This document shows positions 26,229 through 35,108 of a stretch of DNA of 64,000 nucleotides, in pieces. The translations under genes were made by a program, and so were the position numbers. The DNA is from Planctomycetota bacterium. GTDB lineage: Bacteria; Planctomycetota; UBA11346. Each line of letters begins with the position of its first letter. The first letter of the stretch is position 1. The notes under the pieces were generated by a model. That model saw only the letters and a list, made by a program, of their open reading frames with translations, was not told the DNA's origin and did not search any database. The stretch lies in NCBI GenBank assembly GCA_043775355.1, contig JAYVSL010000034.1:2749-66748 (forward strand), read 5' to 3'.

Positions 26229-26885
26229 ATGCGTACAATTGCCGCACTAGCCCTAGTCGTCTCCCTATTTTTTGTGGGATGCGCCACGACATACCGCACT
26301 TCGGAATCAGACGCGCGGTTTTCGACAGGTAATTTGTCGATCATCCGCGCCCACGGTTGCCGCATCTCAACGAAGTCTATTGCTGGCGGAACGCACGTGA
26401 ACGATTCCGGCCTATTTCTAGACCCTTTCATTGGTAAAAATATCAAAACGGGACAAATTGAAAACGCGGGTTTTTATTTAGAGAACCTTTATGATTCAAG
26501 CTCTTTGTATGGATCACCAAATGAACTTGGGCGCGTTTCGTCCGTCGTGATAAACGTTGACGGCGAGGCGGTCCCCTTGCACTTACTGAGCGCGGACTTT
26601 ACGCACAGCACAGGCGGAACGAACTACAACACAGTTGATCGATCAGTGTCGGTATCAATGCATGACCATGCCATTCTTTCGCTGACACCGGAAAAATTAG
26701 CGGCAATCATTCGGGGCAAGGAGATGGCTGCTCAAGTCATTGGATCACGTGGGAGCGTGGTCTATGAGCCAAGCGACATTTCACGAGATTTCAGAGAAAA
26801 GCTCGCGCGTTTCGGCGTTGAAATAATGAAATTAGAAGGCATCGAATTGCCACCGCCGCCAGAAATAAAGAAGGCTGGCAAGTGA
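26229..26885 (+). CDS. Lipoprotein moron. AT-rich. Candidate superinfection-exclusion or lysogenic-conversion factor.
   Basis: MRTIAALALVVSLFFVGC has a lipobox Cys. ~48% GC. Sits between the repressor and the integrase. Confidence 0.45.
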   Translation: MRTIAALALVVSLFFVGCATTYRTSESDARFSTGNLSIIRAHGCRISTKSIAGGTHVNDSGLFLDPFIGKNIKTGQIENAGFYLENLYDSSSLYGSPNELGRVSSVVINVDGEAVPLHLLSADFTHSTGGTNYNTVDRSVSVSMHDHAILSLTPEKLAAIIRGKEMAAQVIGSRGSVVYEPSDISRDFREKLARFGVEIMKLEGIELPPPPEIKKAGK

Positions 26886-26917
26886 TAACTCAAAGAAAAC
26901 ACCGCAGGCTTTGAGAC

Positions 26918-27172
26918 GTGCTCACCTTCGGCCCCTACCTCCGCGCCCTCCGCCTGAAACAAGGCTGGAACCAGACCGAACTTGGCCGCAAGGTTGGCTT
27001 GTCGCAATCGCACTTTGCTAAGATCGAGCGAGACGAATATCGGCCAACATCGGAGACCGTGCGCAAGTTGGTGCGCGTCCTCGATCCGCCCGACGTGGGC
27101 CGATTCGTGCGCCTCGCTGTGATCGCATCCGCTCCGCCTGAATGGCGTGGGTATTTCAAAGGCCGCGTGTGA
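26918..27172 (+). CDS. Small XRE-family HTH regulator.
   Basis: LRALRLKQGWNQTELGRKVGLSQSHFAKIERDEYRPT is an HTH_XRE signature. Confidence 0.5.
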   Translation: MLTFGPYLRALRLKQGWNQTELGRKVGLSQSHFAKIERDEYRPTSETVRKLVRVLDPPDVGRFVRLAVIASAPPEWRGYFKGRV

Positions 27173-28677
27173 GTCCGCTCCCCTGGCTCATATACACGCG
27201 AGTGTCCACAGAGGACCAAGCGCAAGGCGGTGTCTCTCTCGATGCTCAATTGACCAGTTGCCGCGCCTACGCAATTGCCAAGGGATGGACGGTTGCGGAG
27301 GAGATCACGGACGCCGGAGCCAGTGCAACCACGCTCAAGCGCGAAGGTATGACGAAGGTGATTGCCGCGCTCAAAGGCCGCAAGGTCGCGGGCGTTATCG
27401 CGTGGCGGCTTGATCGGATTACGCGAAGCATGCGTGATCTTTTACACTTGCTGGAAATGGCGAACGACCTTGATGTAGGGCTGGTGTCCGTCTCTGAATC
27501 GCTCGACACGACCACACCGATGGGCCGCTTTGTGGTTCATTTATTGGGCGCAATCGCGCAGTGGGAGAGCGAGACGATCGGCCAGCGCACCAAGACCGCG
27601 ATGGATCACGCGAGGCGGCAAGGGTACTGGATGGGCCGGTCAATTCCCGCTGGCTGCGAAGTGGTGATCGAGGGCGCGCGAAAGAAGCTGGTTCGCTCAA
27701 GCGAGGCGGAGGCGGTCGCAGCCGCGTGGCCAATGATTCTTGCGGGCAAATCCCTGCGTGACGTGTCGGAGAAATTCAAGGCCGATAGTGTCCGCCCATC
27801 GCTGAACGGCTCCGGCGTGGCCGCCACCTGGACACCTGCCAGCGTCCGGCATTTGCTCCTCAGCGCGCAAGTGTGCGGCCTCCTGGTCGATCCCGCCACG
27901 CAGGCCACTGTTCGGAAGGTGCTGCAAGATCGACAGTCACCCGGACGCCGCGGCAAGGCCAAAGCGCCAGGCGCGAAAGCGATCGAGCCTTCGCCGCTGG
28001 CCGGTCTTCTCCGCTGCCCCACATGCGACGCGGCAATGGTGCAAGTTGGTGCGACTGGTGCCGGCGGGACGCTGTACCGATATTTCAGATGCACGGCTCG
28101 CATTCGGGGAACCTGCCCACAAAAAGACGAGCGAGCCGAACCGATAGAGGCGGAAGTGATCGCTGGTGTTCAGTCTGCGATTCAAGAAGGAAGCGAATTT
28201 GTGAACGGGATTCGGGCCATGTACGAGGCGGCTCGGAACACCAGGGAAGCCGCCAAGGCGGAGCGCCTGACGCTGACGGCAGAGCGTGACCAGTTAGCCG
28301 CCAGGGTCACCGCCGTGACCCTGGAAACCCAAGTGGGCGGCACCGTGTGGCGCGAAGCAATGCGAGGCCTGGGCACGGAGCTGGAACGACTCGACCACCG
28401 CCTAGCCGAACTACAAGGAATTGAAGCGGCGGGATCTGTCGATGCCGACAATCTCGACAATGCGATTTCTGGAATAATTCAAGAAGCTGGAAACCTGCCG
28501 AATTTACCGTTGCCGCAACAGGTGATAATTTTGCGCGGAATTGTTTCACGGGTTCGACTGACGCCGGAAGAAGTAATCCTTGAGCTTTATCAGCCTTCCG
28601 GCGTTGAATGCCGGAGTTCGTACAATGCTATGAAATACCGACCCCGGCGTGATTCGAACACGCGACCTCCGGTTTAG
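27142..28677 (+). CDS. Large serine recombinase (prophage integrase). The true start is possibly the GTG at 27169.
   Basis: LIYTRVSTEDQ catalytic Ser motif. Resolvase domain, recombinase domain, CPTCD...C zinc ribbon and coiled coil. The 3' end overlaps tRNA-Arg. Confidence 0.75.
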   Translation: MAWVFQRPRVSPLPWLIYTRVSTEDQAQGGVSLDAQLTSCRAYAIAKGWTVAEEITDAGASATTLKREGMTKVIAALKGRKVAGVIAWRLDRITRSMRDLLHLLEMANDLDVGLVSVSESLDTTTPMGRFVVHLLGAIAQWESETIGQRTKTAMDHARRQGYWMGRSIPAGCEVVIEGARKKLVRSSEAEAVAAAWPMILAGKSLRDVSEKFKADSVRPSLNGSGVAATWTPASVRHLLLSAQVCGLLVDPATQATVRKVLQDRQSPGRRGKAKAPGAKAIEPSPLAGLLRCPTCDAAMVQVGATGAGGTLYRYFRCTARIRGTCPQKDERAEPIEAEVIAGVQSAIQEGSEFVNGIRAMYEAARNTREAAKAERLTLTAERDQLAARVTAVTLETQVGGTVWREAMRGLGTELERLDHRLAELQGIEAAGSVDADNLDNAISGIIQEAGNLPNLPLPQQVIILRGIVSRVRLTPEEVILELYQPSGVECRSSYNAMKYRPRRDSNTRPPV

Positions 28678-28712
28678 GAAACCAGCGCTCTATCCAGCTG
28701 AGCTACGGGATC
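28639..28712 (-). tRNA. tRNA-Arg (anticodon CCT).
   Basis: Reverse complement gives GATCCCGTAGCTCAGCTGGATAGAGCGCTGGTTTCCTAAACCGGAGGTCGCGTGTTCGAATCACGCCGGGGTCG. Cloverleaf with a TTCCTAA anticodon loop and TTCGAAT T-loop. Confidence 0.75.
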
Positions 28713-28825
28713 AGGTGGGCGGGAGTCTAGAGCGCCTGAGAAGAGGGCAACGTCAAGCGCGGGGTGACGCAGGACACCGTGCCCGGCTCGCAAGTCAGCA
28801 ACTGATTTTCTCTCTCACGATTCAT

Positions 28826-29143
28826 TTAACTACTGGCCTCATTTGCGGACGCAGTACCAAGGTTGCTCCACGCACCTTCGAAATGAATAACCTGCACCGG
28901 ACAGCCGTCGGCAATAAAAGGCAAGAAATTCAGATCTTCGGTGCTGATCACTGCTATTCTCAGCGGACTGCGCTCGCGGCCATTATCGGATGTCACACCG
29001 TCTTCTCGTGCTTCGCCCGCAATCTGTGTCCCCGTTTCATGGGCTACGAAGACCTGGGGCATTAAATTTTGACACCAGAAACAGTGGATACAGCCGTGGT
29101 CGACCCAGATGCGATGGTGTTCTTTATGCGTGGACCGGACCAT
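28826..29143 (-). CDS. Single-cluster [4Fe-4S] ferredoxin (Fer4_15-like).
   Basis: WVDHGCIHCFWCQNLMPQVF...ADGCP shows CxxCxxC...CP cluster ligands. Confidence 0.4.
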   Translation of the reverse strand: MVRSTHKEHHRIWVDHGCIHCFWCQNLMPQVFVAHETGTQIAGEAREDGVTSDNGRERSPLRIAVISTEDLNFLPFIADGCPVQVIHFEGAWSNLGTASANEASS

Positions 29144-29281
29144 GATCAACCTAGAGCACTTTCACCGGAGATTGCAACCCGCAGATATTCAGATATTCAC
29201 GTCCTGAGGTTGGCTGAGTGGAAGTCACACCTTCATACGATCAGCGCCTGACCTTCATTCGGCCATTACCTTGGAGCCTTC

Positions 29282-29719
29282 ATGATTTCCCAGACCGCCG
29301 AGTACGCCCTGCGCGCCATCGTCTTTCTGGCTGACAACCCAACAGAAGCTCAAACTGCCGAAGCCATCGCCAAAGGTACCAAAGTTCCTGTCGGATATTT
29401 GGCGAAAATTATGCAAGGATTGGCGCGCTCCGGTTTGGTGACTTCTCAGCGTGGGCTTTACGGCGGTTTCACCCTGGTCCTAACACCCAAAGAACTGTGC
29501 ATCTACGATGTCATCCAGGCGGTCGATCCGATTGTACGCATTACGCACTGTCCGCTTGGCATTGAAGGTCACGGAACCAGCCTCTGCCCGCTCCATCGCG
29601 GCCTTGATAACGCCATGGCCGCCGTCGAGATGGCTTTTAAGAAATTAACCATTCACCAATTATTAAACCAGCCACAAACAAGTCGTCCGCTGTGTGCCTT
29701 TCCACGGCATGAAGCGTGA
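29282..29719 (+). CDS. Rrf2-family transcriptional regulator.
   Basis: MISQTAEYALRAIVFLA...GYLAKIMQGLARSGLV...RG.YGGF is an Rrf2 signature. Cys residues near the C-terminus. Confidence 0.65.
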   Translation: MISQTAEYALRAIVFLADNPTEAQTAEAIAKGTKVPVGYLAKIMQGLARSGLVTSQRGLYGGFTLVLTPKELCIYDVIQAVDPIVRITHCPLGIEGHGTSLCPLHRGLDNAMAAVEMAFKKLTIHQLLNQPQTSRPLCAFPRHEA

Positions 29720-29877
29720 TGTCTGATGTCCGATGTCCGATGTCGGAAACGGGGAACATCGCTGCGCTGTTCAACGTACCCAGATCACGTTAGCGCGTCT
29801 CCGTTGTCACTTCTCCCGCGAAAATGATGAGTTGACTTGACGAACAAGCAGGATGGGTTGTCCACCGAGGTAGTTAT

Positions 29878-31704
29878 ATGTTCAGCCCCTGGAATGCGTC
29901 CCAACTCTCCCCTGACGACAGCAGTGACCGTTTAGATTTCAGTGCGCCGCCAACGCGTCACGCGGAAGCGTTGCACTGGGTCAGTGAAATCGCCAAACAT
30001 TGCAACCCCGAAACGATACATTGGTGTAATGGCAGCGCTGAAGAACACGAAGATCTTGTTCGTGAAGCGGTTGACGCCGGTATTCTGACGCCGCTCAACC
30101 AACGCCGAAATCCTGGGTGTTACTATCATCGATCTCATCCCAGCGACGTCGCACGGGTCGAAGATCGCACGTATATTTGCACGCCAACCAAGGACGAAGC
30201 TGGTCCCACCAATAATTGGATGGAGCCGGATGCGATGTACGAACGTTTGCGCGCGCTCACCTCGCAAGCGATGCGCGCCCGCACGATGTACGTGATTCCT
30301 TACATCATGGGTCCGCCTGGATCAGCACTCAGCAAAGTCGGCATTGAGATTACCGACAGTATTTATGTGGTGCTGAGCATGCGTGTCATGACGCGCATGG
30401 GCGAGATTGCATGGAAAGAACTTGGTGATCACGGACGTTTCAGTCGCGGCCTGCACTGCATGCTGACGATTGATCCGCAGCAGCGTTACATCGCGCACTT
30501 TCCGCATGATAACACCGTCATTTCCACCAATTCCAACTACGGTGGCAATGTTCTGTTAGGGAAAAAATGTTTGGCGCTACGTCTGGGTTCCTGGTTAGGG
30601 AATCGTGAAGGTTGGCTTGCTGAACATATGCTGATCATGGGCGTCGAATCACCTGAGGGTGAAAAAACCTACGTCGCTGCGGCATTTCCCAGTGCCTGCG
30701 GTAAAACGAATTTCGCCATGCTCATTCCGCCAGAACGTTTCAACGGCTGGAAAATCTGGACCGTTGGTGATGACATCGCGTGGATGCGACCTGGGGCCGA
30801 TGGTCGCTTGTACGCGATCAATCCCGAAAATGGCTATTTCGGAGTTGCTCCCGGAACCAATGGCGTAAGCAATCCCAATGCGATGTCGACCATCGCCCGC
30901 GACACCATTTTCACCAACGTCGCGTTGACACCCGATGGCGATGTGTGGTGGGAAGGCAAAGACGGCACCGCACCGATGTCGTGTCTTGATTGGCGCGGTA
31001 ATCCGTGGCAACCCAAAAGCGAAACCAAGGCCGCTCATCCTAACAGCCGTTTCTGCGCCCCGATGGCGAACAATCCGTGCTTGGCACCAGAAGCCAACGA
31101 CCCGGCGGGCGTACCGATCAGCGCGATTATTTTTGGCGGACGCCGCGCCTCAACTTTTCCTGTGGTCATGCAAGCGTTCAACTGGGCGCACGGCGTTTAC
31201 CTCGGCGCCATGATGGGCAGTGAGATGACCGCAGCCGCCGCTGGCACCATTGGCCAAGTGCGACGCGATCCGATGGCCATGCTGCCATTTTGTGGCTACC
31301 ACATGGGCGATTATTTCGGCCATTGGCTGGATGTCGGCAAGAAACTCGCGCATCCACCGCGAATCTTTCACGTCAATTGGTTTCGCAAAGGTGCCGATGG
31401 TCGGTTTTTGTGGCCCGGATTCGGTGACAATATGCGCGTGCTGAAATGGATCGTCGATCGCTGCCGTGGCCGCGCCATTGGCGAAGAAACCCCGCTCGGT
31501 TGGATGCCCGAAGCCGACGGCATCGACCTTGACGGCATGGAACACTATCAGCCCACGGAATTCAAAGACGCACAACGTATCGACCTAGAAGAATGGAGAA
31601 ACGAATTGACGTTACAGGAGGAACTCTTCGAGCGCTTGGCGAATCGCATGCCCAAGGAATTGGTCTACGAACGCGAACTGCTGCGTTCACGCCTGGGGCT
31701 GTGA
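29878..31704 (+). CDS. pckG: Phosphoenolpyruvate carboxykinase (GTP).
   Basis: 608 aa. ...AAAFPSACGKTNFAMLIPP...WMRPG... are GTP-PEPCK kinase and P-loop signatures. Confidence 0.8.
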   Translation: MFSPWNASQLSPDDSSDRLDFSAPPTRHAEALHWVSEIAKHCNPETIHWCNGSAEEHEDLVREAVDAGILTPLNQRRNPGCYYHRSHPSDVARVEDRTYICTPTKDEAGPTNNWMEPDAMYERLRALTSQAMRARTMYVIPYIMGPPGSALSKVGIEITDSIYVVLSMRVMTRMGEIAWKELGDHGRFSRGLHCMLTIDPQQRYIAHFPHDNTVISTNSNYGGNVLLGKKCLALRLGSWLGNREGWLAEHMLIMGVESPEGEKTYVAAAFPSACGKTNFAMLIPPERFNGWKIWTVGDDIAWMRPGADGRLYAINPENGYFGVAPGTNGVSNPNAMSTIARDTIFTNVALTPDGDVWWEGKDGTAPMSCLDWRGNPWQPKSETKAAHPNSRFCAPMANNPCLAPEANDPAGVPISAIIFGGRRASTFPVVMQAFNWAHGVYLGAMMGSEMTAAAAGTIGQVRRDPMAMLPFCGYHMGDYFGHWLDVGKKLAHPPRIFHVNWFRKGADGRFLWPGFGDNMRVLKWIVDRCRGRAIGEETPLGWMPEADGIDLDGMEHYQPTEFKDAQRIDLEEWRNELTLQEELFERLANRMPKELVYERELLRSRLGL

Positions 31705-31770
31705 AGAATCCGCTTACTGAGAAACAGACGATGCGCTGCCTGTTTTTCAGCTCCAAGCCCTCATTTAAAA

Positions 31771-32115
31771 TCACTCCTTGCGAGTTAGCTGACGAGTGCT
31801 GTTCGGTGGCACGCGACGCTGCCAGAAGACAACACCAAAGCGATCAATATGTTGACGAAGAGCCGGGTTACTTATGGAAGCCCTCAGGGTGAGATCGTAG
31901 CGGTACGGTAATGGCAATTCATCAAGTCGACCAGCTATTCGAGCCAGTTCCTCGTTCGTTAACTCGGTGCCTTCAATGGCAAGGTCAATGTCGCTTCCGG
32001 GTCGATAAGTGCCCAGGGCGCGACTTCCATACAACACCACAGATTCTACCTGTGACACGCTGGCCAACGCCTTCTGAATGAGTAGCAGTTCGTGATCAGC
32101 GAGCCCGTCATTCAT
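31771..32115 (-). CDS. Minimal nucleotidyltransferase antitoxin (MntA-like).
   Basis: VVLYGSRALGTYRPGSDIDLAIEG is a GS...DxD NTase motif. Confidence 0.6.
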   Translation of the reverse strand: MNDGLADHELLLIQKALASVSQVESVVLYGSRALGTYRPGSDIDLAIEGTELTNEELARIAGRLDELPLPYRYDLTLRASISNPALRQHIDRFGVVFWQRRVPPNSTRQLTRKE

Positions 32116-32518
32116 GTGGCAACCGCGGGATCAGTGTTTCTTCCAACGCCACTAAGAGCACTAAATAACGACCCTTAATATTAATCACTGAGGACTTGGC
32201 GATGTCTTCATTATAAATGTGGGCAAATTTATTTCTGCCATCTAACGCCAGGATCCACCCTTCACCATCTGCGATGTAACCACTGGTAAAGGCTTGTTTG
32301 AGCGTTTCGCGAGGTGATTTCAGATCGAACCCTCCGTATTCCAACAGGTCTTTCAGCGTCTTCCAGCCTAGCTCAAGGGACACTTCGAATAATTGAATCA
32401 ATCCTGCTCGCTCCAGATCAGAGAACTCTGACTTTGTGCAAGCCTGACGCAGCACGCGCAACGAAGCTTGGTAGTTCTGGAAACGCTGTTGCCAGCGGAT
32501 TTCAGTGGTCATGGGCAT
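32108..32518 (-). CDS. HEPN-domain toxin (HepT, HI0074-family nucleotidyltransferase substrate-binding protein).
   Basis: GRNKFAHIY R-x4-6-H HEPN motif. Overlaps the MNT gene. Confidence 0.55.
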   Translation of the reverse strand: MPMTTEIRWQQRFQNYQASLRVLRQACTKSEFSDLERAGLIQLFEVSLELGWKTLKDLLEYGGFDLKSPRETLKQAFTSGYIADGEGWILALDGRNKFAHIYNEDIAKSSVINIKGRYLVLLVALEETLIPRLPHE

Positions 32519-32669
32519 GCTGCCTTGTGCAACTTATTTGGGATAGGTCCGATCGCATAGCAACCCGCGACCATCGCGCTGGGGTTACACCCCCATATTG
32601 ATCGTCTTTCACGTTCCGAACTCCGAACTCTTCGCCCGCGGTGGAGCCGTCCGCCACCGCGCCATCTGG

Positions 32670-35105
32670 TTAACCATTGGTTCGCCGCTGAGCCAAAAAA
32701 TACCGTCCCGAACTTGCCAGCAATACAGCGGTCAGAGAACTCAGCGGCATCGCTACGGCGCACACCAGTGGTCCCCACACGCCAGCAGCCGCCAGCGCGA
32801 CGCCAACGACGTTGTACGCCAGCGATATTCCCAAAATCCAACGCACCGTGCGCCGGGCCGATATTGCACCTGAAAGAATATCCTCAACCGCCTGAATGCC
32901 GTCCTGACGGACCACGGCAATGCGGCAGGACGTGAGCGCGGCTTCAATGCCGCCGCGTAAACCAATGCCGATGTCAGCTACCGCCAGTGCGGGCGCATCA
33001 TTCAGACCGTCGCCGACCACCATGACCACGCCATCGCGTTTGAGTTCATGAATACGCGCCGCTTTTTCTTCTGGTAACTGGCCGCCGCGCACGAGGTCAG
33101 GCGAGAGCCCAAGCCGGGCTCCCACGTTGGCGGTAATTTCGGCATCGTCGCCTGACAATAGATGAACCTGGGCTCCGTGCGCTCGCACGCTGTTCATCAA
33201 TGCGCCAGCGCCTGGACGTAGCGGATCTGCGCAGGAAATTTGCGCGATCGGCTGCCCGTCGAGCGTTACGCCCACCGATCCAACCGCCATTTCATCGGTG
33301 ATATGCGCAATCGGAACCATGCCGGTGAGCCGGTGATTGCCGATCCGTAATTCACCTAGGTCACTGCGGGCGATGATGCCTTGGCCGTGAAGTTCTTGAC
33401 GCTGATAAATAACCGTGAGTTCGCGATTTTGTAAATGCGCAACCAGAGCGAGTCCTACCGGATGCGATGACGTTGACTCCGCCGCAAGAATGGCTCCTTC
33501 GAGGCGTGCTCGGATGGCGTCATCAAAATCTTTCAGCCACGTCCAGTTGGTTACTCGCATGCGCCCTTCAGTCAGCGTGCCGGTTTTGTCGAAGACCACA
33601 TGGGCTAAACCATGAGGTCGTCCGAGGGCCTCAATCACTTCCGGGTCACGCAACACGATTCCACGGCCAGCAGCGCGCGCGGTGGCCATCGCTTGCACCA
33701 ATGGCGTCGCCAATCCCAACGCACACGGACAGCTGACCAACACCACCGCCACCGCTTGATCGATACCGCGCGCCAGCGATCCGCCCCAAAACCACCAGCC
33801 GACGAAGACCCCAATCGCCACCAACGACACCACGGCAACAAACCAACCTTGCCAACGATCAACGTCCGCGACTAAACGTGTTGGACGATCGGCAGCGCGA
33901 CCGGCTTCGCGAATCAAACCACCCAGCCGCGTCGCGGAACCAACGGCAGCAACACTGATGCGTGCGCCATCATGCAAACACGTCGTACCCGCGAACACTG
34001 CGCCACCTGCCATTACCGGACGCGGACGCGATTCGCCATTGAGCACCGCCGCGTCGACACTAAACGTGGTCAATGCCGTGCCATCGCACGGCAAAACTTC
34101 ACCACGCCCAACGACCACCACATCGCCAGTACGCAACTGATCGCATGATACGGTTTCTTCCGCATTTTTACCGTCATCTACGTCATTTCGTCGACGTGCG
34201 GTGCGCGGTAAAACACCGTCCAAAGTCGCCGCCTGCGCTCGTGCACGTCGCCGTGCAGCAAGTACGGCAAGACGTCCGCCTAACAACAGCGCGATGAACA
34301 TCGCTAACGCATCGACGTACAATTCGCGCGAACCGCGCAACAGATTCACCACGCTGGCAATGGTGCCAAGCGCAATGACCAGCGTTGAGGTCAGATCAAT
34401 GCTCGCTCGCCCCAGGCGCAGCGCCGCAATGCCAGAGCGATAGAGCGGCAACGCGCTCCACAACAATGCCGGTGCAGCGATCATCAGCGAGGTGATCGAA
34501 AACCATCGCGCACCGGCATCATCTAAATCACGGGTTAATTCACCGGCGTAAAGATTCACCGATAAATGCATGCTGCCAACGGCTGACGCGGCGGCGACCG
34601 CAACGCGTAAAAGTAAACGCCGAACTTCCGCCCGGCCTTGCGCATCATCATCAGCAAATGGCCGCACCGGATATCCCAGCCCAACTAAAATGGCCGCCTG
34701 GGCGGCGGGCGAGCTGACTTTAGGATCATAAATCACCGCTAAGCGTGATTCGCCAAACGCCAAACGAGCCTGTTTGACGCCATGATCGAGTGTCGGCAGT
34801 TGCTCCAGCAGCCACAAACACGCGGTGCAATGAATGCCATCGACAAACCAGGCAATTTCAGCCAAGCCATCGCTACGTTGGCGCACATGGCGTTCAATAA
34901 ACGCCGGAGATGCATACGCCACCGTGCCTGCCGGATCGCCTGGACGGCCGATTGGTTGCGTACGAAGACGATAATAATCTTGTAAACCACAACCAAGAAT
35001 CAGCGCATGCGCTGCACGACAACCTTGGCAGCAAAATACGGTGACTGCCGATGAATCGGCGGCGACCAGAATACCGCAATGTGCACAAGGAATAGCGTCG
35101 CCCAT
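32670..35105 (-). CDS. ccoI: Heavy-metal (Cu) translocating P-type ATPase, CcoI/FixI-like.
   Basis: CPC transmembrane motif (VLVSCPCALGLATP). DKTGTLT phosphorylation motif. GDGLNDAPAL hinge. Adjacent to the cbb3 cluster. Confidence 0.7.
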   Translation of the reverse strand: MGDAIPCAHCGILVAADSSAVTVFCCQGCRAAHALILGCGLQDYYRLRTQPIGRPGDPAGTVAYASPAFIERHVRQRSDGLAEIAWFVDGIHCTACLWLLEQLPTLDHGVKQARLAFGESRLAVIYDPKVSSPAAQAAILVGLGYPVRPFADDDAQGRAEVRRLLLRVAVAAASAVGSMHLSVNLYAGELTRDLDDAGARWFSITSLMIAAPALLWSALPLYRSGIAALRLGRASIDLTSTLVIALGTIASVVNLLRGSRELYVDALAMFIALLLGGRLAVLAARRRARAQAATLDGVLPRTARRRNDVDDGKNAEETVSCDQLRTGDVVVVGRGEVLPCDGTALTTFSVDAAVLNGESRPRPVMAGGAVFAGTTCLHDGARISVAAVGSATRLGGLIREAGRAADRPTRLVADVDRWQGWFVAVVSLVAIGVFVGWWFWGGSLARGIDQAVAVVLVSCPCALGLATPLVQAMATARAAGRGIVLRDPEVIEALGRPHGLAHVVFDKTGTLTEGRMRVTNWTWLKDFDDAIRARLEGAILAAESTSSHPVGLALVAHLQNRELTVIYQRQELHGQGIIARSDLGELRIGNHRLTGMVPIAHITDEMAVGSVGVTLDGQPIAQISCADPLRPGAGALMNSVRAHGAQVHLLSGDDAEITANVGARLGLSPDLVRGGQLPEEKAARIHELKRDGVVMVVGDGLNDAPALAVADIGIGLRGGIEAALTSCRIAVVRQDGIQAVEDILSGAISARRTVRWILGISLAYNVVGVALAAAGVWGPLVCAVAMPLSSLTAVLLASSGRYFLAQRRTNG

Positions 35106-35108
35106 GGT

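Larger units (their letters stand above)
1..28712. mobile_element. Prophage, right-hand portion. HK97-like siphovirus gene order. Left end lies outside the window; right end is attR at tRNA-Arg.
   Basis: Contiguous terminase, portal, protease, capsid, connector, tail, G/GT and tape-measure genes on the minus strand. Plus-strand lysogeny module with repressor and serine integrase. Integrase 3' end overlaps the tRNA-Arg 3' half. Host metabolic genes begin directly after the tRNA. Confidence 0.8.

Noticed and set aside
28649-29065. 138-aa plus-strand ORF spanning the tRNA-Arg and ferredoxin region.
   Set aside because: It starts inside the tRNA gene and runs antisense to the ferredoxin ORF, which carries a convincing Cys-ligand motif.
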